From Ktedonobacterales bacterium (GTDB lineage: Bacteria > Chloroflexota > Ktedonobacteria > Ktedonobacterales > DATBGS01), in assembly GCA_046704085.1 (NCBI GenBank), contig JBJKSJ010000251.1, forward strand, positions 12,983 to 76,982: a stretch of DNA of 64,000 nucleotides, written 5' to 3'. The notes under the pieces were generated by a model. The model was not told the DNA's origin and ran no database searches. It worked only from the letters and a program-made list of their open reading frames with translations. The translations under genes were made by a program, and so were the position numbers. This document shows positions 28,293 through 37,093 of the stretch, piece after piece; position 1 is the first letter of the stretch, and every line of letters begins with the position of its first letter.

Positions 28293-29318
28293 GTGATTGA
28301 TAGACTGTTGACGACGGTTATAGGAAGCTATCCGCAACCCGAATGGCTGGTGGACCGTAAGAACTTGCAGAGTCGGCTGCCGCCGCGTATCCGGGCAAAG
28401 GAAATCTGGCGCATCCCAGAGCCGCTGCTCCAACAGGCCCAGGACGATGCGACCCTGCTCGCCATTCGTGACATGGAGCGCGCCGGCGTCGATATTATCT
28501 CTGACGGGGAGATACGCCGGGAGAGTTATTCCAACCGCTTTGCCACGGCATTAAATGGGATGGACCTCGATAACCCTGGGGTGGCTATCGACCGCACCGG
28601 CCACTCCAACCCTGTGCCGCATGTCGTCGGCCCGATCCGTCGCTTGCATCCAGTGGAGGCGGGCGACGTGGAGTTTCTGCGCCACAACACCGACCGCCGC
28701 ATTAAAATCACAGTGCCAGGCCCGTTCACCGTCTCCCAGCAGGCACAGGATGACTATTACCACGATGAAAAAGCATTGGCAATGGATATTGCTGCCGCCG
28801 TGAACGAGGAGATCAAAAGCTTGCAGGCTGCCGGAGCCGATGTGGTACAGATCGATGAACCCTATCTGCAAGCGAGGGCGGAAAAAGCGAAGGCATATGG
28901 GGTAGAGGTGATCAATCGGTCGCTGGAAGGGATTGAAGGCACAACGGCGCTGCACCTCTGCTTTGGCTACGCGGCCATTGTGCATAATCGGCCTGGGCAG
29001 TATTCGTTCCTCACGGAACTGCGTGATTGCGTAGTGAAGCAGATTGCGATAGAGGCGGCGCAGCCACGCCTTGATCTGTCCATCCTGCGTCAATTAGCCA
29101 ATAAAACCATTATTCTCGGTGTCTTGAATCTAGGCGATATGGAGGTGGAGACACCAGAGATTGTGGCCGGCAGAATACGCGCAGCCCTGGAATATGTCGA
29201 GCCGGAGCGGCTGATCCTGGCCCCAGACTGTGGCATGAAATACCTGCCGCGAGATGTCGCTTTTGGCAAGCTGTGCGCTTTGGTCAAAGGAGCCAGAATG
29301 ATTCGACAAGAATTATAA
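28293..29318 (+). CDS. Cobalamin-independent methionine synthase C-terminal-domain family protein (Meth_synt_2, MetE-like)
   Basis: TTVIGSYPQPEWL, ISDGEIRRESY, QIDEPYL, zinc ligands in HLCFGY and APDCGMKYL. 341 aa, single domain. Confidence 0.8.
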   Translation: MIDRLLTTVIGSYPQPEWLVDRKNLQSRLPPRIRAKEIWRIPEPLLQQAQDDATLLAIRDMERAGVDIISDGEIRRESYSNRFATALNGMDLDNPGVAIDRTGHSNPVPHVVGPIRRLHPVEAGDVEFLRHNTDRRIKITVPGPFTVSQQAQDDYYHDEKALAMDIAAAVNEEIKSLQAAGADVVQIDEPYLQARAEKAKAYGVEVINRSLEGIEGTTALHLCFGYAAIVHNRPGQYSFLTELRDCVVKQIAIEAAQPRLDLSILRQLANKTIILGVLNLGDMEVETPEIVAGRIRAALEYVEPERLILAPDCGMKYLPRDVAFGKLCALVKGARMIRQEL

Positions 29319-29456
29319 TGCTGTTTCACGGTGAGGATGCAGCAGAGGTGCCACACGCTCCTTATCATGGCCTGCTTGACTGGCGGCTAGCATTAAGATA
29401 TGGCGATGACCACCCTGAATGGATCACCGCTCAAGCAGAAATTTTGAGATAATTTC

Positions 29457-29605
29457 TTAGAGGGTTCTCAACTCAACTGGGCACATCTCGAACGAACGGA
29501 CCTTTATAGGGCACACTTGAGCGGGCAGATTTTGGATTTGCTCACGTCGAAAGTGCCAATTTCTATGCTGCGTGTTTAGATGGCGCTAACCTGAGTTACA
29601 TCTTT
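29457..29605 (+). pseudogene. Pentapeptide-repeat protein relic
   Basis: LEGSQLNWAHLERTDLYRAHLSG, then after a frame break at the GGG run 29523-29525, ADFGFAHVESANFYAACLDGANLSYI. No start codon and only about 50 aa. Confidence 0.5.
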
Positions 29606-29618
29606 TTGATGAAGGTAC

Positions 29619-29861
29619 TTGCCATTTCTGGAATGTTTGACCACGATTGCCTCTTTGGCAGTGGCGCATCCAGCGCTCAAAATAGGCACCAGCGTGGTGG
29701 CTCAGTCATACCGCAACCCGGCGTTGCTGGCGAAGATGACGGCGAATCTCGAGTGGCTGACCGGGGGACGCTTCCTCTTGGACATCGGAGCGTGGTGGAA
29801 GGATGATACCCCATCCATCTTTTCCCGAAGGGGACAAATCAGCGACCAAGCAGTAGCCTAA
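29619..29861 (+). pseudogene. Luciferase-like monooxygenase (LLM) internal fragment
   Basis: LTTIASLAVAHPALKIGTSVVAQSYRNPALLAKMTANLEWLTGGRFLLDIGAWW matches the central LLM block. The N-terminal (about 70 aa) and C-terminal (about 200 aa) parts are absent. Confidence 0.6.
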
Positions 29862-29942
29862 TAATCCTCTGTTGCTGCTGCCTCTCCGAGTGCTTATGTA
29901 TTCTTCCCGCTGAGGTGGTCTTCTGCCTGTGGCTGTGGGCAG

Positions 29943-31004
29943 TTACGCGTGGAGTGCCTGCATCAGTGCCCCCAACTGAGCCTGGGTCTCTTCGATGGAG
30001 CCGGTGGGCATACTCAGCAGCGGCTCTTCTACACCATCAGCCACCCAGCGATCAAGGGTGGTCACTACCTCGGCGGGTGTGCCCACGAGGGTAGTGGCCT
30101 CGAAGAGCGCGGAGGAAACTGCTTTGACAGCCGCCTTCATGCCCTGTTTCCAACCGGCCTGCACTGCTTGGACGTCGGCTGCAAAGCCATGGCGTGCCAA
30201 CATCTGGGCATAGGAACTGCCCATGCGGCCGATGTAGTAGGCCAGGGGAAAGGTGGCGGCCAAGCGACGGGCCGCACGGCGCTCCTCATCCAAGCCTTCC
30301 TCCAAGAGAGCGCAAGTCAGGTAGGGGGCAATGGTTGCGCTGTGGGGCGGACGCCCGGCCAAGGCTGCCCCCTCGTCGAGTTCTCGGCGCAGTTCGCCCC
30401 ATTTCGTCGCTGGCCAGTAGATCGGCAGCGCACCATCCGCAATTTCGCCCGTTTGCACGACGTTTTGGGGTCCCAGCGCCGCGATATAGATGGGCATATC
30501 AGGCCGCTTCGGCTTGAAACGCAGCTTGAACCCGTGCTCAAGTTGGAAGAGTTCCCCGTGGTAGACCAGTTTCTCGCCACGCAAGATTAAACGAATAATC
30601 TCCACGTACTCACGAGTACGCCGTAGCGGTTTCTCGAAAGGAACCCCATGCCAGTGTTCGATGACCTGGGCGCCCGACGGACCAAGCCCCAGCATCATAC
30701 GCCCGCCGGAGCGCTCATCCAGCGTGGCGATGGTACTGGCGATCACGGCGGGAGAACGCGAGTAAATATTGGCGATGCCTGCGCCAATCTTGATGCGCTT
30801 GGTCACCCGCACCAGATCGGTCAGTGAGGTAAAGAGTTCGTAGCCCCAGGACTCGCCTAGCCAGAGGGAGTCGTAGCCTAGGCGATCAGCGATTTTGGCT
30901 TTTTCCAGCACCTGATCCCAGGCGGCGGGGAAATTGGGGGAATCGGCGATCAGCCCGACTTTGCCTGCATAGTCCCGTTTGGAATTCGCAGCGGCGCGTC
31001 CCAT
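29943..31004 (-). CDS. LLM class F420-dependent oxidoreductase / luciferase-like monooxygenase
   Basis: YDSLWLGESWGYE, IKIGAGIANIYSRSPAVIA, SGGRMMLGLGPSG. AAGGAGGG RBS before the ATG at 31004. Confidence 0.85.
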   Translation of the reverse strand: MGRAAANSKRDYAGKVGLIADSPNFPAAWDQVLEKAKIADRLGYDSLWLGESWGYELFTSLTDLVRVTKRIKIGAGIANIYSRSPAVIASTIATLDERSGGRMMLGLGPSGAQVIEHWHGVPFEKPLRRTREYVEIIRLILRGEKLVYHGELFQLEHGFKLRFKPKRPDMPIYIAALGPQNVVQTGEIADGALPIYWPATKWGELRRELDEGAALAGRPPHSATIAPYLTCALLEEGLDEERRAARRLAATFPLAYYIGRMGSSYAQMLARHGFAADVQAVQAGWKQGMKAAVKAVSSALFEATTLVGTPAEVVTTLDRWVADGVEEPLLSMPTGSIEETQAQLGALMQALHA

Positions 31005-31034
31005 CCCAGCGGTCCCTCCTTGCTTTCCATTCAC

Positions 31035-31439
31035 TCAGTTCCCGGTTTCTGGAGGTGCTGCCTGAGCTAGCTGTTGTGCCATCGCTGCTGCCAGCGCTTG
31101 CAACCCACTGGCTGGTCTGACCATGACCTCAAAATCGCTGATCTGGCCTTCCGCATTAAACTGAAGGATATCCACCCCTTTCACTGAGAAGGCACCGACC
31201 CGGGCGCTGAATTCGAGTACTACGCTCTGCTCGCCACGAAATTGCCGGAGATAGACAAAATCCTCCAACACGCGTGCAGCGCTGCTGAGATAGAGGATGG
31301 CCGTCGCTTTGCCCGCTTTGGGCTTCCAGAGGACGGGCGAATGGAAGAGGACATCCTCCGCCAGCGCGTCAGAGAGCGCGTGAAGATCGTACTCCCTCAC
31401 AAACGTGTGCCACCAGACCAGGCTCTCTGCCATTGTCAT
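31035..31439 (-). CDS. NTF2-like (SnoaL-type) small protein
   Basis: About 134 aa with LAEDVLFHSPV...F...VLEF.A......KGVDILQFNAEGQISDFEVMVRP, the cone-fold NTF2 pattern. GGAAAGGAG RBS. Sits immediately upstream of the LLM gene. Confidence 0.7.
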   Translation of the reverse strand: MTMAESLVWWHTFVREYDLHALSDALAEDVLFHSPVLWKPKAGKATAILYLSSAARVLEDFVYLRQFRGEQSVVLEFSARVGAFSVKGVDILQFNAEGQISDFEVMVRPASGLQALAAAMAQQLAQAAPPETGN

Positions 31440-32267
31440 TGCCTCACTCCTTTCCATTTTGATTGGCGATGTGGGTTGTTGACTCCCTCGAGGAGAGAGG
31501 ATCAGCTCCTCGGCAACAAAGTACGTGAACTCACGCCTGCGGAACAAGAGGGAATTGGCCTAGCCATTGCTGTCCGATGGCCAAAACCATTTCGCTACAC
31601 TGGCCATAGTATGCACCAGATGGGCTGAAGGTGCCAATAGGGGGAATGGGCGTCTTCAGGAGTGCTAGGCATGGCCCCTATCTGATGGTGCCTCCAGCGA
31701 CCCAAGGGAACGCCCATATCCAGTGGCTTCCGTTTTAGCCCTGCCTGGTGTTCGCCACCCCGCGTCACTTTGGCATGATACAGCGTGCGCTCGTCTGACC
31801 CCCCTCCCGTGGCAAGAAGTCCGCACGGGAAGATCGCTACACAGCCCGGTTTGTGGAACTGACGCTCGCAAGCCGTGTTGTCGAGGCGATCCCCTTTGAT
31901 ACCAGCGATCCGGCCTTCTAAGGCGAGATGATTGCGGAGGTGATCTTGGAGGCTGAGCAAGGCGGAATCCTCGTCTCAATCGTCTTTACCAAACTTCCGG
32001 CGGGCATTCGCCCAAAAGGGCCATGATGCAGGTACGCAGGCGGCTCTCAAGCAATCGGTGCGCGATGGTGAGGTGGGAGACGATTGAGACGCTGGGGAGC
32101 AATCACGTTCACCGGAGCGCAAAGGGGAATAACCGGATTTGTTACCTGCCCGCACTACGCTAAGAATGGAGCAGACATCCAACCATCTTGTTGGTATGTC
32201 GAGCTGTAACATCTAGTTGTTTCCCAGTGCAGGAGCGAGTCGTCTCCTACTGAAACAGAGACCTTCC

Positions 32268-32858
32268 ATGGATGCAGTGTCAGCCCTTGAAGTCGACGCC
32301 CAAGTGGCGTGCCCAAGCTGTGGGTCTTGGGAACAGGTCCATAAAGTACACCACCTGATCGCCGCAGGGCCAACGCAGGGGCAACCTGGGCCCTTCCCAG
32401 TCCAGACCACCAGGAAGCTCCGCCATCAGTTGCGGGAACTCCCGGAGCCGCGCGCCAGGACCCACTGGCTCATGATTGCGGGACTGGTACTCTTGAGTGT
32501 TGCCCTTCTCTGGTTCGGGCTGAGTCAGTGGATCTGGCTGGTAGCGGGTGGCGCCTTCCTGGGGCTGGTAGTGGGACTCAAGTTCTGGCACACGCGGCAA
32601 CAGCGCCACTACGTCCAGGCGACCCACCCGGCCTGGGAGCAGGCGCACCAGCGCTGGCTCCGGCTATACTACTGCGGGCACTGCCAGGGTGTGTTCCTGA
32701 GTGACGAAGGATTCATGGTCTCGGTGGAGGACCTGCAGCCTTATCTCTATCAAAACGATGTAGACACCTTGCGCGTGATGCAACACCATAACGCCTTCCC
32801 AACTGCTGGCAGGGCGTTTGGCAGCCACCAGCGAACCACCATTCGACGGGTTGCTTAA
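32268..32858 (+). CDS. Hypothetical membrane protein with N- and C-terminal CxxC pairs
   Basis: CPSC at the N-terminus, two adjacent TM helices (WLMIAGLVLLSVALLWFGL, WLVAGGAFLGLVVGL), CGHC about 45 aa after TM2. Confidence 0.5.
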   Translation: MDAVSALEVDAQVACPSCGSWEQVHKVHHLIAAGPTQGQPGPFPVQTTRKLRHQLRELPEPRARTHWLMIAGLVLLSVALLWFGLSQWIWLVAGGAFLGLVVGLKFWHTRQQRHYVQATHPAWEQAHQRWLRLYYCGHCQGVFLSDEGFMVSVEDLQPYLYQNDVDTLRVMQHHNAFPTAGRAFGSHQRTTIRRVA

Positions 32859-33303
32859 GTGCTGGACCTAGCCCAGCTCAGCGAGCTAGTCCCTGCATGG
32901 GAAAAGGAGCAAGAAAGGGCCAATCGAGGCATCCATAGCCGCGCTCGCCTGCCCCACGGTGCCCTGCCCCAGAGCATCTGGGTGAGGCGCGCAGGTGGGA
33001 GTGAGGGCTGAGGCTGCTACTTTGATCGCCCCTTCCTTTCCTCCCGAACAGTCCGAACACGTACTCCTGCTGCTCGGTTTCCTTTGCTGTGGAGGATGAG
33101 CATCCACTGGCATGCTGTCCCTGTGCTGGCACCCTGCATTCTCGGTTGAGAACATGGGAGCGTGAGCGAGATGGCTGTGCTTTTGGGGGAAACAGATCAC
33201 GCAAGGCGCCAACACAACCAACTATTCTGACAGCACTAAAGGAAGGAGTCTTCCCACAGATAAGCTCGCGCCCGAGTTCAAGTGTGCCTGTGAGCGGCTG
33301 TTC

Positions 33304-33881
33304 TCACTGCGCTTGGTGCTTGCGCACCACTTGGGTGCGCGAAAAGGCCACATAGGTCATAGTATCCAAGGCATTGTGGATGCCGATGAAGAGCAGCAAC
33401 ATCTGCGCGGCGCCGATGACGAACAGCACCAGCACCGGAGTGCCGAGCAAGACCGGAGCGGCGACGACGAAGGCCAGGTAGGCCACGAGCGGAAAGACCA
33501 CATGCCACGCCCAGTCTTCCAGCACGACATGATACGCCTTCTGTCGCCGCATCCGCCGTCCCACGATGCCCACATAGATCGCCGCTGCCAGACCGGCGAG
33601 ACCCAGGGCAGGCTGTCCGTCCAGAGTTCCGGTCAGTGGGCGCTGAGTGTGGCGGCCACCACGAGCGCGGCGCACAAATGCATGACGTTTGGCGTATTGA
33701 ACGCAGTGTGCGCCTCATTCCTACCCGGCTGCTGGACGAGGCGCTCGATCAAGGTCACTACCACGAATCTCAACCCGGTGAGCGTCGCGGCAGCGGTCCC
33801 GATGATCATGTAAAAGGGTTGCCATGTGGTCAGGAGAGCCACCGTCTCTTCTAGCATGAGAGAGCCTCCTGGCGTGGGCAC
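33304..33881 (-). pseudogene. Small polytopic membrane protein split by a frame break
   Basis: The 33633-33881 ORF (...NVMHLCAALVVAATLSAH*) continues naturally in the next frame as PLTGTLDGQPALGLAGLAAAIYVGIV. The break lies at the GGG/CCC run 33638-33640. Confidence 0.45.
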
Positions 33882-33913
33882 TTGCCAGCGTCAACCGCCC
33901 CTGAGCGCCTCGT

Positions 33914-34467
33914 TTATCCGTTGGCCAGGTGTTTGACCAAGCGTACGTAGGGCTGGTAATAGAGGCGGGTCTGCTGGATGACCACGTAGTGCAAGCGTTG
34001 ATACAGGGACAAAGCCAGCTCGTTCTCCTGGGCGGCATTGAGCGCGATCTTGGCATAGCCGTGCTGTCGTCCCTGCTGCTCTGCCCCTTGCAGCAGGCGG
34101 GTGCCGATGCCCTGGTGGCCCCATTCGGTGAATACCGCCAGGGCATCGACGTACCATTCGTCCGCCTCGGCCTGGCGTTCCAGGGACCAGCCGAGGGCGG
34201 CATTGAGGCGCGCTTCCTCGCGCCCGCCAAAGCTCAACACCAAGCTAACCACCCCAGCGCTCTGCTCGGCGACCAGGATGCATTGATAACTGAAACGGTT
34301 CCCCTCCTGACGAAAGAAGTGCGCTAACCGCTCGAGCCACTGGTACTCCCTGCCATCGGCAGGAGAGAGGTCACCTGCCGATGGTGGTAGGCAGAATACA
34401 ACAAGACGGCTGCTCTTTCGGCGTCCTCTGGCCGGGCTGGTCTGAGCGTAAGGTCCTCTGTCGTCAT
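33914..34467 (-). pseudogene. GNAT family N-acetyltransferase, frameshifted
   Basis: The N-terminus MTTEDLTLRPARPEDAERAAVLLYSAYHH is in one frame. The rest (REYQWLERLAHFFRQEGNRFSYQCILVAEQSAGVVSL...WYVDALAVFTEWGHQGIGTRLLQGAEQQGRQHGYAKIALNAAQENELALSLYQRLHY) is in another. The break lies at 34351-34390. Confidence 0.65.
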
Positions 34468-34924
34468 GGCTGCTGGACTTCCCCTGATCAGGATCAAAGG
34501 CGGCCTGCGCCGGGTTGCAATGAAACGCGAACTCAAGGCCCAAGACTGTCATATGCCTGGAGGCGATCTGGTCGACGAGCGTCGGGTGGAGCATAATCGC
34601 CGCGTCTATGTCGTCGAAAGACCCATGCTCCGTGTTCTGGTCGTTGCTCCCATCAATGGAAGAGCGTGCTATCCGCAATGCCCGGATCGCGTGCCACCTG
34701 ACTGGTACTCTTCCCGCTCGTTTGGGCTCATCGTACCACTACCTGCGTGAATTCCGTGGTAAAGGTTCGCTGGTCTTGTGCCTAGGTCCTCCGCTTCGGA
34801 GAGGCTCCCAACTTTGGCGTCTCTACGAGAGCGGGGCAATCTCATCTTCTAGGTGGTCTATTCTTTGTACCAACATCGCAGGGAGTCAACACAGCGAGGC
34901 GCACCGCTTGTACGCGATTCCCGA

Positions 34925-37093
34925 TTAACGGGCCGCCAGCGCTGCCCGCATCCGATCCGGGGTGAACGGCACCCGGCGCAACCTCGCACGGGTCGCTGCG
35001 TAGACGGCGTTGGCGACCGCCGCCGCCACCGTCACCGTAGCTGGCTCTCCCGCGCCCACCGATGGTTCGTCCGTTCGGTTGATGAGCACGATCTCCAGCT
35101 CCGGCACCTCGGAGAAGGTGAGCAAGGGATAGCCCTCCCAGTCGACGGTCGTTTGCCCCCCGGCATCGAAGCGCACCTCTTCCTTGAGCGCTCGGCTGAG
35201 CGCCTGGATCACATTGCCCTCCACCTGGTTGCGCACGCCATCGGGATTGACGATCAGCCCGCAGTCGTGGGCCACCACCAGGCGCCGCACACGCAGCGCA
35301 CCCGTCGCCTCGTCCACCGCAACGTGTGCCACCATCGCGACGTAGGCTTCGTCGTTCTCGTAACACGCAAAGGCGACACCACGCCCCTCCCCAGAGGGTA
35401 GCGCCTCGCCCCAGTCAGCGGCCAGCCCCGCAGCCGCCAGCACGTCGCGCCCGCGCGGATCATCCAGGTGGCGGAGGCGGAACTCCAGTGGGTCCGCCTC
35501 GGCAGCAGCGGCCAGTTCGTCCATAAAAGACTCGTTGGCAAAGGTGTTGCCCGCGCCACCGAGCGACCGCATGGACGAGGTGCGCAGCGGGGGGTTGGCG
35601 ATGCCGTGCATGATGAGACGCCGGTCTGCGAGCCGATAATTGGTCGGCGCGTTGCGTTCGCCGCCGAAGAACGCGGCTGACGGTATCTGCTTGGGCACTT
35701 CTCGCACCTCGCGCCCCGCTAACAGCCCCAGCGCCGTGCGCGGCCGGTTCGTGTGGGTCGGGGACCAGACGTCATAGCGCCAGGCCACGATGCGGCCATC
35801 CTGGTCGAGCCCGGCGGACACGTCCATCACCATCGGCGCCGCCTTGGGCTCGCCAAGGAACTCGTCGCGCCGCGACCACTGCACGCGAACCGGTCGGCCC
35901 ACCTCGCGCGCCAGCAGCGCGGCATCCGCTGCCACGTCCTCCGAGCCGTTCTGGCCATAGGCTCCTGCGCCCTCCAGGTGGATGACACGGATACGCTCCG
36001 GCGGCAGTTGCAGGAGATCGGCGAGAGCCCCACGCAGGGGATAGACTCCGCCTGAGCTGGCCCACACGGTCAGCGCGCCGTCGCGCATCTCGGCCACCGC
36101 GCACGATGGGCCGATGGAGGCGTGCGCCTGGAAGGGCTGCTCATAGACGGCATGCACTCGTTTTGCCGCGCAACGCATCGCCCCCTCCACATCCCCCGCC
36201 TCCGCGATGACATGGTCAGTGGTGGTCTGTGCGCGCATCCAGTCGTAGAGGTGCTCCATCGGGGGCAGGTCCAGCGTTTCTTCCCAGGTCACCTGGAGCT
36301 GGGAGACCGCCTTGATCGCTTGCTCCTCGCGATCGGCCACCACGCCGATAAAGTTGCCCAGGCGGATGACCTGGGCGCCCTGCACCGCGCTGTCGTTCAG
36401 CGTCAGCACGCGCGCACCGGGTCGGCGCGCCCGGACCACCCGCCCATGCAGCATGCCAGGCAGGCGCAGGTCTTGGACGAAGCTGGGCGCCCCGGTGAAC
36501 TTGCCCAGCAAGTCCACGCGCCGCGCATTGCTGCCAACGACCCGGTATTCTTGTGGCTGCTTGAGTGGGGCATGCCCGCTGATCTGGCGCGCGAAGGGCG
36601 CCCCGCCTTGCAGCTCGCCATAGCTGACGCGCTGGTTAGGCGCTCCGTATACAGAGATTACCCCCTCGTGTACCTCCAGTTGCTCGCGCGGCACACCCAG
36701 CCGCTCGGCGGCACGCTCGAACAGCGCCAGCCGCGCCTCCGCCGCCGCCTTGCGGAGTTGCCCGCCGCCCATGCGCACCGTCATGCTGCCGGCAGTGTAG
36801 CCCTCGTCTGGCGCGCGGCCCGTGTCGCCCATCACCAGGCGCACGCGCTCCAGCGGTACATCCAGCTCCTCAGCCACGATCTGCGCGAGCGTTGTGCGTA
36901 CGCCTGTGCCCGTCTCCACCTTGCCGCTATAGGCCACGACCGTGCCCTCTGGCTCGATGGCAATCCAATCGTCCAGATTGGTGCTGGCCGCCGCCCAGAA
37001 CGACCGTTGCGGCGAAGCGGTCTCCGCCTGACCACTGGTGGGGCTGTTGGCATCGGTGGTGCCACTCTCGCGTTGTGGGGCATTCTGTGTCAT
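34925..37093 (-). CDS. Molybdopterin-binding large subunit of a xanthine dehydrogenase-family hydroxylase (IorB / aldehyde oxidoreductase type)
   Basis: GKVETGTGVRTTLAQIVAEELDVP, two a/b-hammerhead/MoCo domains, GAGAYGQNG, GVGEP-type motif SVGAGEPATV. The ATG overlaps the stop of the 2Fe-2S subunit (TGATG). Confidence 0.9.
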   Translation of the reverse strand: MTQNAPQRESGTTDANSPTSGQAETASPQRSFWAAASTNLDDWIAIEPEGTVVAYSGKVETGTGVRTTLAQIVAEELDVPLERVRLVMGDTGRAPDEGYTAGSMTVRMGGGQLRKAAAEARLALFERAAERLGVPREQLEVHEGVISVYGAPNQRVSYGELQGGAPFARQISGHAPLKQPQEYRVVGSNARRVDLLGKFTGAPSFVQDLRLPGMLHGRVVRARRPGARVLTLNDSAVQGAQVIRLGNFIGVVADREEQAIKAVSQLQVTWEETLDLPPMEHLYDWMRAQTTTDHVIAEAGDVEGAMRCAAKRVHAVYEQPFQAHASIGPSCAVAEMRDGALTVWASSGGVYPLRGALADLLQLPPERIRVIHLEGAGAYGQNGSEDVAADAALLAREVGRPVRVQWSRRDEFLGEPKAAPMVMDVSAGLDQDGRIVAWRYDVWSPTHTNRPRTALGLLAGREVREVPKQIPSAAFFGGERNAPTNYRLADRRLIMHGIANPPLRTSSMRSLGGAGNTFANESFMDELAAAAEADPLEFRLRHLDDPRGRDVLAAAGLAADWGEALPSGEGRGVAFACYENDEAYVAMVAHVAVDEATGALRVRRLVVAHDCGLIVNPDGVRNQVEGNVIQALSRALKEEVRFDAGGQTTVDWEGYPLLTFSEVPELEIVLINRTDEPSVGAGEPATVTVAAAVANAVYAATRARLRRVPFTPDRMRAALAAR

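Noticed and set aside
31976-32212. Possible IS5-type transposase C-terminal remnant (WPFWANARRKFGKDD compared with the FAWL.RFRRL.KDYE motif)
   Set aside because: The resemblance is limited to a few residues. No DDE region or inverted repeats are found nearby, so it is too weak to call.
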